From a virus (taxonomy: Duplodnaviria > Caudoviricetes), in the IMG/VR virus record IMGVR_UViG_3300011338_000308, positions 1-40,313 of that record: a stretch of DNA of 40,313 nt; one strand, given 5' to 3'. The notes below the pieces were generated by a model. It had not been told where the DNA came from and made no database searches. It saw nothing but the letters and a program-made list of their open reading frames with translations. A program made the position numbers and the translations under genes. How positions within the stretch are numbered: the stretch's first letter is position 1; every line of letters starts with the position of its first letter. Positions 1 to 9,800 of this stretch are shown here, piece by piece.

Positions 1-223
1 TCTCATAATAGCGGGGATCGTCGTCGCGCTTGTTGCTCACGATCACCATAAGAGAGGCAACGCCGGAAGGGCTTATGCCTACCGGCTTAAAGTCTGTGAT
101 CCGTGACTTAAAAAAGCGCATAGTCTCGGGGGTAAAAAAGTATCCTTGCGCCTTGCTTGCTATCTGGCTTTCGTGCCATACCTCGCCGGGGCGGGTTGGG
201 TAATTCCGGCAGCCGTTGCAGCT
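1..223. repeat. Terminal direct repeat, left copy
   Basis: Identical to 40091-40313 except T97 vs C40187. Confidence 0.97.
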
Positions 224-268
224 GCAAGGGAAAGAGAGTTTAGCGGTTTCGTTTTGTGTGGTAGTCAT
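1..268 (-). CDS. 5' part of a 148-aa early hypothetical protein that wraps the circular junction and ends at 39912
   Basis: ATG at 268 after AAGGGAGA; MTTTQNETAKLSFPCSCNGC...FFTPETMRFFKSR reads in frame into the 39912-40211 ORF. Confidence 0.75.
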   Translation of the reverse strand, partial: MTTTQNETAKLSFPCSCNGCRNYPTRPGEVWHESQIASKAQGYFFTPETMRFFKSRITDFKPVGISPSGVASLMVIVSNKRDDDPRYYE

Positions 269-272
269 TTGA

Positions 273-437
273 TTATTCTCCCTTATTTAGTGCGACGATA
301 CCGGCGAGCAAGCTCACCGATAGTAATGAGATTAGAGCAAAAGCTATTGTGCTTTCATAGGTAATACTTACACCGGAAAAGATAGAGAAAAGAAAAGCCG
401 GTGTAAGTATTGCGAGAGCTGCGGTAATTGTTTTCAT
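273..437 (-). CDS. 54-aa membrane protein with two hydrophobic segments (not in ORF track)
   Basis: MKTITAALAILTPAFLFSIFSGVSITYESTIAFALISLLSVSLLAGIVALNKGE; first ORF after the leftward promoter. Confidence 0.6.
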   Translation of the reverse strand: MKTITAALAILTPAFLFSIFSGVSITYESTIAFALISLLSVSLLAGIVALNKGE

Positions 438-484
438 TTATTTATCTTTCTTGCTATTGGTAGCCGGTGGTGGCTACAGGTACA

Positions 485-513
485 AAAGTACACGACTATT
501 CCCCATAGTGCAA
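485..513 (-). promoter_or_regulatory. Sigma-A-type leftward (early) promoter
   Basis: Minus strand reads TTGCAC-N17-TACTTT, with an upstream A-tract and GCGACACGCC. Confidence 0.6.
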
Positions 514-823
514 CACCATTTAGAAAGTTTTTTTTAGGGCGTGTCGCAGCTCGTAACAAGGTGGACAATTAGCCGGTGTTATGTCTAAGGGTTGGGCAGC
601 TGCAAGGGGTAGCGATTAGGTAGGCAGATCGCCGGGGATAGCTGCGGGGTTAGAGCTGCAAGGTGTAGCCGGTTGGGATCGGTAGCCGGTTGAGGTTGAT
701 CCGGTTGGGTTGGTTGGTAGGTAGCTGCTCACCGGTTGAGGCGGTTGGGTTGGTGATTGGTCGGTTATTGAATGGTTATAGGTCGGATGTTAAATAGTGC
801 CGAGGGTGTAGACAGCCCAACAG

Positions 824-864
824 TTATCCACAACCTTATCCACAGGTCTGACCAGTTATCCACA
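824..864 (+). promoter_or_regulatory. Three perfect DnaA boxes
   Basis: TTATCCACA at 824-832, 836-844 and 856-864, same orientation, non-coding. Confidence 0.8.
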
Positions 865-1009
865 GGGCAGGGGGTGGGGGTCTGCTCCGCCAGCACGGCA
901 CACCTACCCCCCGTTGTTGAATTTGTATAGGGGTAGTACTGTGTACCGTACCAAAATATTTCGACTAAAGTGAGATCCCAATATAGCTCTGACCTGCGGT
1001 TTTACTGTA

Positions 1010-1025
1010 TGTGACTAACGTCACA
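1010..1025. promoter_or_regulatory. CRP/GlxR-type binding site
   Basis: TGTGA-ctaacg-TCACA is an exact TGTGA-N6-TCACA consensus. Confidence 0.7.
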
Positions 1026-1302
1026 TTGCAAAAACGGGAAATGCGTTAAATTTCCTGCCTTATATACAGTAGGGGCGGTAATTGAGATAGCCCCGTCCAG
1101 CTCGCTACGGTTACCCTTCGCGAGTCCCCTAGGACGAGCGCTGACTTACCCCTCACTTCGCTGTGGCTCGTTCGGGCGCTAAGCCCGACACTAGCGGTGC
1201 TTTTAATTGGGATAGTTCTATTAACTTGACAGCTAATCGAATATTCGCTCCGCAGCTAACAAATCGATCTCGGCCCGTCCCCCATAACATTTAGGAGATT
1301 AC

Positions 1303-3162
1303 GTGGCTGAAAACTCAGCAGATATTGCCAAGCGTATTATCCTTGGCTGCGTTGCAGAAGGTATGACCATCGAGGCAGCTACGGCTTCAGCTGGCAAATC
1401 CATCAAGACTTATGAGTACTACCGTCGCACAGATAAGATCTTTGCAGACAAGATTGACCGAACACGGCTAGGTCTGAAGGATAAGCAGTTTGCAGGTGGC
1501 GATGTCCACGACATCGACTTCCAAGAGTTCCGCAAGCGCTTCCTGCACAGCCATACCTTTCCACACCAGATGAACATCGTAGATGTGATTGAAGGACGTG
1601 AGCCTTCTTGGCTACATCCGGCGATGAAGTTTGAAAAGGGTCTGGCTAATAACCGTATCCTTGTCAACATCCCGCCCAACCACGCCAAGTCGATTACAAT
1701 TACAGTCGACTATGTTACCTGGCAGGTAGCACGTAATCCTAACTTTAGAGTCTTGATTGTATCCCAGACCCAGCGTCTGGCAGCTGACTTTCTCTACGCC
1801 ATTAAGCAACGCCTTACACATCCTATGTATGAAGACTTACAAAGTGCGTACGCTGCTGGCGTAGGGTTTAACTCTAAGACAGCCTCTTGGCAGGCTACCC
1901 GTGTTACCTTCGGTGATGAGCTACGTGAGTCCAGCGAAAAGGACCCAAACATCGAAGCCGTCGGTATCGGCGGTCAGATCTACGGTAAGCGTGCAGATAT
2001 GATTATCGTAGACGATGCGGTAACTCTATCGAACGCCAATGACTTCGAGCGTCAGATCAAGTGGTTAACCCAAGACGTACGATCCCGCTTGAACCCAACA
2101 GGTAAGCTGATTATTATTGGAACTCGTGTAGCAAGTGTTGACTTGTACCGCGAGCTTCGCCAAGAGGATAGATACCCAGGTGGCTTAGTCCCTTGGACCT
2201 ATCTTGCAATGCCAGCCCTGCTTGAGACAGATGAAGACCCTGACAAGTGGGTCACTCTCTGGCCTAAGTCAGATGCTCCATTTGATGGACAAGAAGAAGC
2301 TGACAAAGATGAAGACGGCCTATACCCACGCTGGTCAGGTCGTAACCTTTACAACGAACGCCAAGCGATGGATACGCAGACTTGGGCGCTGGTCTACCAG
2401 CAGCAAGATGTATCTGAAAACTCAGCTTTTGATCCGGTCTGTGTACGCGGCTCCATTGATGGAATGCGTAAGGCCGGTCCTCTAGTTGCAGGTAACCCAG
2501 GCCATCCTAGAGATCTAGGTGGCTACTCAATTATCTGTGGACTAGATCCAGCGATGATTGGTGACACTGCAGCTATCTGTTATGCAGTAGATCGCAATAC
2601 CAACAAAAGGTACATAGTAGATGCTATTAAAATTAGTAGACCGTCTCCTGCCGATATTCGTGACCTTATATTTAATTGGACTTCCCTATACGGCCCGTCT
2701 GAGTGGATTGTTGAACGTAATGCGTTCCAGTCTTTCCTCACACAAGATGAAGGAATCAGACAACACTTGGCATCACGCGGAGTGTTACTGCGGGAACACC
2801 ATACAGGCAACAACAAGTGGGATGCAGGCTTTGGTGTTGCGTCAATGTCAACTCTGTTCGGCACCAAGCAACACGACGGCAAGCACCACAGAGACAACCT
2901 TATTCACCTACCTAGTGACCAAACTGAAAACGTCAAGGCGTTAATCGAACAGTTAATTACTTGGACTCCTACTACTAAGGGCAAGACTGACTTAGTAATG
3001 GCGCTATGGTTCTGCGAGATCCGAGCGCGTGAGATGCTCAACTACGGGCAATATAACTCACACCACCTTAAGAATCCGTTTCTTACATCGGCTGAGAAAC
3101 GTAAGCGCGTCGTTGTCAACATAGATCAACTACTCGCCGATCAACATAAAACGTTCATCTAA
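1303..3162 (+). CDS. terL: Terminase large subunit with N-terminal HTH-like extension
   Basis: Walker A-like PPNHAKS, Walker B MIIVDD, IIIGTR, nuclease GLDPA and DLVMALW; AGGAG RBS. Confidence 0.92.
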   Translation: MAENSADIAKRIILGCVAEGMTIEAATASAGKSIKTYEYYRRTDKIFADKIDRTRLGLKDKQFAGGDVHDIDFQEFRKRFLHSHTFPHQMNIVDVIEGREPSWLHPAMKFEKGLANNRILVNIPPNHAKSITITVDYVTWQVARNPNFRVLIVSQTQRLAADFLYAIKQRLTHPMYEDLQSAYAAGVGFNSKTASWQATRVTFGDELRESSEKDPNIEAVGIGGQIYGKRADMIIVDDAVTLSNANDFERQIKWLTQDVRSRLNPTGKLIIIGTRVASVDLYRELRQEDRYPGGLVPWTYLAMPALLETDEDPDKWVTLWPKSDAPFDGQEEADKDEDGLYPRWSGRNLYNERQAMDTQTWALVYQQQDVSENSAFDPVCVRGSIDGMRKAGPLVAGNPGHPRDLGGYSIICGLDPAMIGDTAAICYAVDRNTNKRYIVDAIKISRPSPADIRDLIFNWTSLYGPSEWIVERNAFQSFLTQDEGIRQHLASRGVLLREHHTGNNKWDAGFGVASMSTLFGTKQHDGKHHRDNLIHLPSDQTENVKALIEQLITWTPTTKGKTDLVMALWFCEIRAREMLNYGQYNSHHLKNPFLTSAEKRKRVVVNIDQLLADQHKTFI

Positions 3163-3176
3163 TAAGGAGACAACAA

Positions 3177-3524
3177 ATGGCATCTAAAAGTGCGGATAGT
3201 GCAAGAATTGCTGCTATTAAAAAGGCAGAAGCAAAGATAACTGCAAGCAAGAAAAAAATTGGCAGTGGACGCGGTGCAGCAACGCCTGCAGACTACAAGC
3301 GTTTAGCAGAATCAAACCCACGAATTGCTGCAAGAATTAAAGCAGAAGCAAAGATAACTGCAGATATGAATAAAAAGAAAGCAGCAAAGAAAGCAGCAGC
3401 TGCAAAGCCAGCAGCAAAGCCAAAGACAACTGCTCCAAAAGTACGTGGTGGTAGCGGTATCCGTGGTCCACTTGGTGGATTCGGTGCTGGCAGCAGTGGT
3501 AATCCATTTGGAAAAATGGACTAA
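3177..3524 (+). CDS. Lys/Ala-rich basic protein
   Basis: AAGGAG RBS; composition; internal repeat AEAKITA. Confidence 0.75.
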   Translation: MASKSADSARIAAIKKAEAKITASKKKIGSGRGAATPADYKRLAESNPRIAARIKAEAKITADMNKKKAAKKAAAAKPAAKPKTTAPKVRGGSGIRGPLGGFGAGSSGNPFGKMD

Positions 3525-3532
3525 TAGCAAAT

Positions 3533-3778
3533 ATGAAAAAGTTAGCACCTAAAAAGTTAGTTACACCACGCACACCTGCAAAGGGTGTCAAGGTTCCAAT
3601 GCCAAAACTTGAAGGCGCTAAGCCTGGCACAAGAACTCTAATGTCTAAGACAACAACCAAGGCTCCTGCTAAGACAACACCAAAGCCAAAGGTTACAAAG
3701 AAGCCAGAGAAGATGACTCCGCAAGATGCTGCAATGAAAAAGATCCTCGAAGGAAAGTACGGTAAAATCTATGGCTAA
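3533..3778 (+). CDS. Lys/Pro/Thr-rich basic protein
   Basis: Operon packing and composition. Confidence 0.7.
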   Translation: MKKLAPKKLVTPRTPAKGVKVPMPKLEGAKPGTRTLMSKTTTKAPAKTTPKPKVTKKPEKMTPQDAAMKKILEGKYGKIYG

Positions 3779-4319
3779 GACAACTAAAAAGGCAGCGCTA
3801 GCAGGTATGTCATCAGTGGCACCTGCTATGAAAAAGACTACAACTAGCGGTTCAAAGAATTCAGGTGCTGGTCTTGTAAGCATTACATCTGGCGGTAGCA
3901 AGACTGCTAAAGCTAAGGCTGAATACGAAAAGGCTAAAAGAGGTGGAGCAGCAAAGACTGCTGCAAAACTTACTAAGCCAGTAAAGGTTGGTTCAGAGCC
4001 TGCGTATTACTTCTTACAAGATGGAGCACGTACACCTAGTAGAGCTAGAAAAGATATTTATGAATCTTCTGGAGCAGGATCAAAGAAGGTAGTAAAGCAA
4101 AATATTCTTAACGACAAGTCAAAGACTGCTACTCGTGCCAAGATTGCAGAAATGAATACTAAGAAGAAAGCCAGCAAGCCTAAGAGCACTGGTCCTTCTA
4201 CTGCTTCAAAAATAAAAGATTTTTTCAAAGAAAAGCCAAAGTATACTTCAGAAGAAATTGTAGAAAATAAAAAGTTGCAAGCACAAATTGATGCTGCTGC
4301 TAAAAAGAAAAAGAAGTAA
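3771..4319 (+). CDS. Lys-rich basic protein
   Basis: Operon packing; ends in KKKKK. Confidence 0.7.
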   Translation: MAKTTKKAALAGMSSVAPAMKKTTTSGSKNSGAGLVSITSGGSKTAKAKAEYEKAKRGGAAKTAAKLTKPVKVGSEPAYYFLQDGARTPSRARKDIYESSGAGSKKVVKQNILNDKSKTATRAKIAEMNTKKKASKPKSTGPSTASKIKDFFKEKPKYTSEEIVENKKLQAQIDAAAKKKKK

Positions 4320-4328
4320 GGATTCCCA

Positions 4329-6083
4329 GTGCTAACACCAAAAGAAGTTAATGCTAAGTTAGGTCGACTGCAGACCAAATACGCTGCACGCGATCAACGT
4401 ATGCGTGATGTGCTTTCGGTTCGTCAAGGAGATCTATCGAAGGTCTATCCTTCGATGTTCTCCGATGAATACCCAAAGCCACTCGTTGCTAACTTCATTG
4501 ATGTTGCAGCACGTGACTTAGCAGAGGCGATGGCACCACTGCCATCATTTAACTGCCAAGCCACAAATATGGTTTCAGATACAGCACGTAAGATGGCAGA
4601 TATGCGTACACGCATTGCAAACTTCTACGTTTCAGTTGCAGAGATGCAACTACAAATGTATCAAGGTGCAGACTGGTACAACACCTACGGAATGATGGTA
4701 GGTATGGTGGAGATGGATTACGACTCCAACAACCCACGTATGCGCCTACTTAACCCTTGGGGTTGCTACCCAGAGGTAGACCGTTTTGGTCGCGTAGTTT
4801 CTATGACTCAGGTTCTTAATACTGATGCTGAAACATTAGTTGCTAAGTACCCAGAGTTTGCTGATGCAATCTTGAAGAAGAATAACTACCAAGTAGGTAG
4901 CCCATCTATTACGATGGTGCGCTACCACGATGCTGAGCAGGACTTGATTTACCTGCCAGAGCGTCAAAACTTGACACTTGTACGTACACCTAACCCAATC
5001 GGTAAGTGTTTAGTACGTGTAGCACAGCGTCCTTCTCTTGACGGCGAAGCACGTGGTCAGTATGACGATGTCTTGGCAGTCCAACTCGCTCGTGCTCGCT
5101 TTGCTATCTTGCAGATTCAGGCAGCAGAAAAGTCTATCCAAGCACCTATTGCTATCCCACAGGATGTGCAAGAGTTGGCTCTTGGTCCAGATTCTATTAT
5201 GCGTTCATCTCAGCCACAGAACATCCGTCGTGTAGGCTTAGATCTACCACCAGGAGTCTTTACAGAGTCAGGAGTGCTAGAACGTGAACTACGGCTTGGC
5301 GCTCGTTACCCTGAAACCAGATCCGGAAATACCAGTGCAAGTGTTATTACTGGTCGTGGCGTTCAAGAGTTGCAAGCTGGTTTTGATACTCAAATCAAAT
5401 CAGCACAATCACAATTTGCTCGAATGTTCGCTGATCTTATTGGACTCTGCTTTGAAGTAGACGAAAAACTATTCAGCAATGTACAAAAGACAATCCGTGG
5501 TTCTGAAGATGGAACACCGTATGTCTTGAAGTACACACCTGGTCGTGACATTAAGGGCGAGTATGGCGTAGATGTTCGCTACGGCATTATGTCTGGTATG
5601 GATCCATCACGTGCAATCATTGCATTGCTACAGATGCGTTCCGACAAGTTGGTTTCACGCGACTATGTTCGTCGTGAAATCCCAATGGACTTGAATGTCT
5701 CGCAGGAGGAACAACGTGTTGATATTGAAGAAATGCGTGATGCTCTTCGTGTCTCAGTGGCACAGTACGCACAAGCTATCCCAGCGCTTGCGGCGCAAGG
5801 ACAAGACCCATCACTTATCGTCTCGCGTATTGCAGAGGTTATTAAGGGTCGTCAAAAGGGTATGGCGCTAGAGACAATCGTAGAAAAAGCATTTGCACCA
5901 GAACCACCACCACCTGCGCCAGAGATGGCGATGCCAGGTGGATCACAGCTTCCAGCAGCAGGTGCGGCCCCCGCTCCTGCCTCGCAGCAACCTCCACAAG
6001 AACAAGCTGGTCAGGCCCCTGCTGCTGGTCAAAAACCCGATATAGCACAACTACTCGCCGGTATTACCGGCGGTGCAGCGTAA
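4329..6083 (+). CDS. Portal protein
   Basis: 584 aa, downstream of terminase; PKPLVANFI motif, helical core, Pro/Gln/Ala-rich C-terminal tail. Confidence 0.8.
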   Translation: MLTPKEVNAKLGRLQTKYAARDQRMRDVLSVRQGDLSKVYPSMFSDEYPKPLVANFIDVAARDLAEAMAPLPSFNCQATNMVSDTARKMADMRTRIANFYVSVAEMQLQMYQGADWYNTYGMMVGMVEMDYDSNNPRMRLLNPWGCYPEVDRFGRVVSMTQVLNTDAETLVAKYPEFADAILKKNNYQVGSPSITMVRYHDAEQDLIYLPERQNLTLVRTPNPIGKCLVRVAQRPSLDGEARGQYDDVLAVQLARARFAILQIQAAEKSIQAPIAIPQDVQELALGPDSIMRSSQPQNIRRVGLDLPPGVFTESGVLERELRLGARYPETRSGNTSASVITGRGVQELQAGFDTQIKSAQSQFARMFADLIGLCFEVDEKLFSNVQKTIRGSEDGTPYVLKYTPGRDIKGEYGVDVRYGIMSGMDPSRAIIALLQMRSDKLVSRDYVRREIPMDLNVSQEEQRVDIEEMRDALRVSVAQYAQAIPALAAQGQDPSLIVSRIAEVIKGRQKGMALETIVEKAFAPEPPPPAPEMAMPGGSQLPAAGAAPAPASQQPPQEQAGQAPAAGQKPDIAQLLAGITGGAA

Positions 6084-6100
6084 CCGAAGGAGGTGTAAAT

Positions 6101-6229
6101 ATGAACAAGGGATCACACGCTCCAGCTCCAGTACAACCAGTTAAGGTTGATACAAAGGCAGGATCAGTTAAAGGCGGTAAGGTTGACTTCGGTTATGCCG
6201 GAACAGCTCGCAAGGGTAAGAAGGCTTAA
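6101..6229 (+). CDS. 42-aa basic peptide (not in ORF track)
   Basis: Strong AAGGAGGTG RBS; MNKGSHAPAPVQPVKVDTKAGSVKGGKVDFGYAGTARKGKKA. Confidence 0.75.
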   Translation: MNKGSHAPAPVQPVKVDTKAGSVKGGKVDFGYAGTARKGKKA

Positions 6230-6239
6230 TTACTGAAAG

Positions 6240-6464
6240 GTGTACAGGGTGTTGAACAATAACGATAGGATTCCGCGCCCTGTACGCCGGACAGACTTTT
6301 TAGTAATAGCTATTGGGTTCTTCTACAACCTAACACAATGCGTAGAAACACTTATGTCGGAAGTTTATGAACTTTCAATTTATCACGCCAATCAGAAAAC
6401 CAAAGTCAATAAGGCTTGGGAAGATATGGCACAAGATTTAGAGACTTTAGAGGAGGACAAATGA
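6240..6464 (+). CDS. Hypothetical protein (start uncertain)
   Basis: Fills the gap; ATGA overlap with next gene. Confidence 0.6.
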   Translation: MYRVLNNNDRIPRPVRRTDFLVIAIGFFYNLTQCVETLMSEVYELSIYHANQKTKVNKAWEDMAQDLETLEEDK

Positions 6465-6874
6465 CAACTGCACCAATGAACCCAAAAGCAGGTGTATCAG
6501 GTCCAGGAAAGTACGCAGTACGTACAGACAAATTGTCTATGGGTTCTACAGGTTACGGTGAAGGCGTTGAGACAGCTGCAATTCAGTCTGGTGCTCCGCT
6601 TGCTAATACACCTGATGTAAACCCTGCACGTGCAGGTGACGTACGCGAGGCAGCTACACAAGCGCCAGTAACAGGATTGTTTGAACCAACACAGCGTCCT
6701 AATGAACCAATCACTGCAGGTGTTGCAATGGGTGCAGGTCCAGGACCAGAAGCATTAGTTATGCGTCAGCAAATGACAGAAAAGTATTCCGATACATTGG
6801 CAAAGTTATTGCCATACGATGAATCAGGTGAGATTACGATTCTGTATCAGAATATGCTTGCGCGAGGTATGTAG
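6461..6874 (+). CDS. Hypothetical virion-associated protein
   Basis: GAGGAGG RBS before ATG 6461. Confidence 0.7.
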   Translation: MTTAPMNPKAGVSGPGKYAVRTDKLSMGSTGYGEGVETAAIQSGAPLANTPDVNPARAGDVREAATQAPVTGLFEPTQRPNEPITAGVAMGAGPGPEALVMRQQMTEKYSDTLAKLLPYDESGEITILYQNMLARGM

Positions 6875-9800
6875 TGTCGGATAAGAATCTTAAGATTGCT
6901 GCATCCCAAGCAGGTCTAAGCGCAACAGATAAAGATAGAATCGACTCACTATCGAAGTCTTTAACTACTCATAAAAGTTTACTTGATATGCCAGCAGCTG
7001 AGGCTCGTATAAAGTTTCAGACTTTGCCAGCAGATCAACAACAAGGACTAGTACAGACCTTTGGCACGCAACCAGAAGAGAAGAAGCGTGGTTGGCTAGG
7101 TACTGCTTGGCACTACACAGGTGGTGCTGTAGTTGGCGCATTGACTGAGGTCTCTGACTTTATGTCTCGCGCTTATCGTGCAGGTGCTATTGCTAACGAG
7201 CAAATTCCATTAGGCGCTGCTGATTACTACTTACCTAAGAACTGGTCTATTCTTTCTGAGGCTTGGAAAAAGTCTAACGATAACGGCGAAGTTGTTTACA
7301 ACGAGCCACGTATCAACAATGCCATCAAGAAGTATGGCAACAACTATGTCTCTGTAGCACAAAAGGTTTCTACAGGTATATCTCTTTCAGATCTAATTGC
7401 AAATGGAACTGAAGAAGAAAAGCAAATTGCATCTCTTGCTGCTAAGGGAGAAGACCCACTGTGGCAGGATGCTTACGACGCAGTCGTTGCATCTAAATAC
7501 TCACCTGGTCGCCAACTTGCAAATGCAGTTCTACCTGGTTTTTTAGAAGGTACAGGTTTTCTATACAAGGGTATCTCAGGAACTGGAGATGCGGCTTACC
7601 GTATCTTTGCAGATCCAACCATTGTACTTGGTAAGGCTAAGAAGGCCTACGATGCTGCTAACTATGCAATCATTAAGATTGCTGGAGATCCAAAGAAGTT
7701 AGATGCAGCTTTCAACAACCCAAAGGTTGTCAACTTTTTTAACACATACGGTTCTGAATTAGATACTCTAGCCAAGGCACGCAAGGCAAAGAATCCAATC
7801 GCAGCAGAACAAGCATCATCTACTTTGCGTCGCATTGCCCCTGAGTTTGGTCCTGCTGCCATTGATGAGTTTATATCAGCTGGCGTTACTAACGCAGACA
7901 CCGCAAAGACATACTTTCAAAACAGTATCGATATACAAGGAATTGTTAAAGGTCAAGCAGCTCGTGATACTCCACTTATTCCACGACTAACTGTAGGCCG
8001 TAAGGTACGTATTGCTGCCCTTACTACAGGCAACAAGGTGCTTAACATTGACAAGGTAGGACAGAAGCTAGTACAGGCTATGTACGGCACTGCTCCACAA
8101 TTTGAAGATATTCTAACTGGTATTACCACTCGTTCCGAAGATATTGCAGCGCTTGAAAAAGGTGTTGGCCGTTTCAAGGGTCCAGATGGCGTAGTACGTT
8201 TTACTGAGAATCAGATCCAGGGACGTATTGACCGCTTTACACGTAAGTTTACAAAGGTACCTAATCCAACATCTAAGGTATTTGATGTAATGGGACCTAA
8301 CGCAGTAGATGAAATTTATCGTACTGCACGTCTGACTAATTCTCGCTATCACAGCAGAATCCTTGCAGAAATTTTTGCAGCAGGTGACGAAGGTCAACGT
8401 ATGCAGATTACTAAAGGTCTTTGGAACACAATCTTTACTACACGTGGTGTAAAGAAGGGTGATCCAGGAAAGTCCTTTATGGATGAGTTTGCAGGTAAAG
8501 GCTTGGAAAAGCGCTACGCTGCAGATTTAGTTGTTGATGGTAACCGCCTTGGTAACCCAGCAGAATTTAATGGAGAACAACTAGCGTTGTTCCCATACCA
8601 GTTGTCATCATCAATGGTTATCCCATCTGTTGTTGACTTAGATCGTCTTTCTGCCCGTCAAGGTGTAGTTTCAAAACTCGTTGGTGTTTCACACAATAAA
8701 TGGGTAGATAAGATTACATCTGGCTGGTCATTCTTGACTCTTGCTGGTCCACGCTTTGCTATTCGTAACTTTCTTGAAGACGATATGTTCTACCTTGCAC
8801 GTGGTCGCAATCCTTGGGATTTAGTAAAGGGTAAGATTTGGTCTACACGCGCACGAGTAGGCAAAGGTGCAAATGTTTTTGATGCAGACGGAAACGCAAA
8901 GACTGCTTTAGACAAACTTAAGGATACAGTTTTCCTTAACGTTGAATCTGGCGAAACAGGCGTAATCAATAAGTTTGTTCTTTCAGATGAACTTGAAGAG
9001 TTTGCTGTTAAAGTTAAGAATGCCACAAGCGAAGATGAAGTGCGTGCTGTTCTAGCAGAAGCATTCCTTCGTCGTAAGTTAGGCTACAAGCTAGATCCAG
9101 AATCTGCAGAAATTGTCGCAGATGTTGCCAAGTACGGTAACTTAGATGATCTTCTTTCAGAAATTAAAGAAGGTGCTAAGAATGGCGCACGTGGTGGCGG
9201 ACGCTACCAGAACGTCTCAGATGACGTATCTCGTTTTGGTAAGATGGATGCAATTACTATTGATGGTAAAGCGTGGAAGCGCTCAATGGGTGATATCCCA
9301 TTTACAAACTTTAGTCCTGTTGCCAACGAGCAATCAAGAGTTAGCTGGCTATTTCAAATTGGCGTAATGGCCAATGATGATCTAGGTCGCATTGCTGTTA
9401 AGTATCTTGATGATGAAGATATGGCAATCAGCGAAATGTTTAAGTACCTAAAGTCTTTACCACAACGCGAGAAAGATAGTTTTCAGTTGTACTTCAAGGG
9501 TGCAGATGAATACACACACGCACAGCGTGCATATCTTGCTGTTCATAATCTGTTTGCTATGGCAGATGGAAACCTTAATAAAGATTTATGGAGCAAGGTT
9601 GTTAAGACAGATGCTGATGGTTACGTACGCGTAACTGCTAAAGATCTGCGTCTTTCTGATTTGCCAAACGATCCTAAGATGGCTCCAACATTTATCTCAG
9701 GTCCAACACTTGTACCAGTATCTGAATCAGATAACTTTGCTGCTTCTATGTGGGACAAAGGCTGGGATGCAATGGGAGAAGCCAACGCACGTTGGAGTCG

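Noticed and set aside
146-364. + strand 72-aa ORF
   Set aside because: Antisense to two better-supported - strand genes that have RBS and promoter
989-1003. CTGACCTGCGGTTTT, reminiscent of motifs near actinobacterial mobile-element ends
   Set aside because: Single copy, no integrase or att context; cannot be supported from the sequence alone
1187-1191. GACAC before terminase as a third GACAC-N13 promoter
   Set aside because: No TANNNT at the 13-nt spacing
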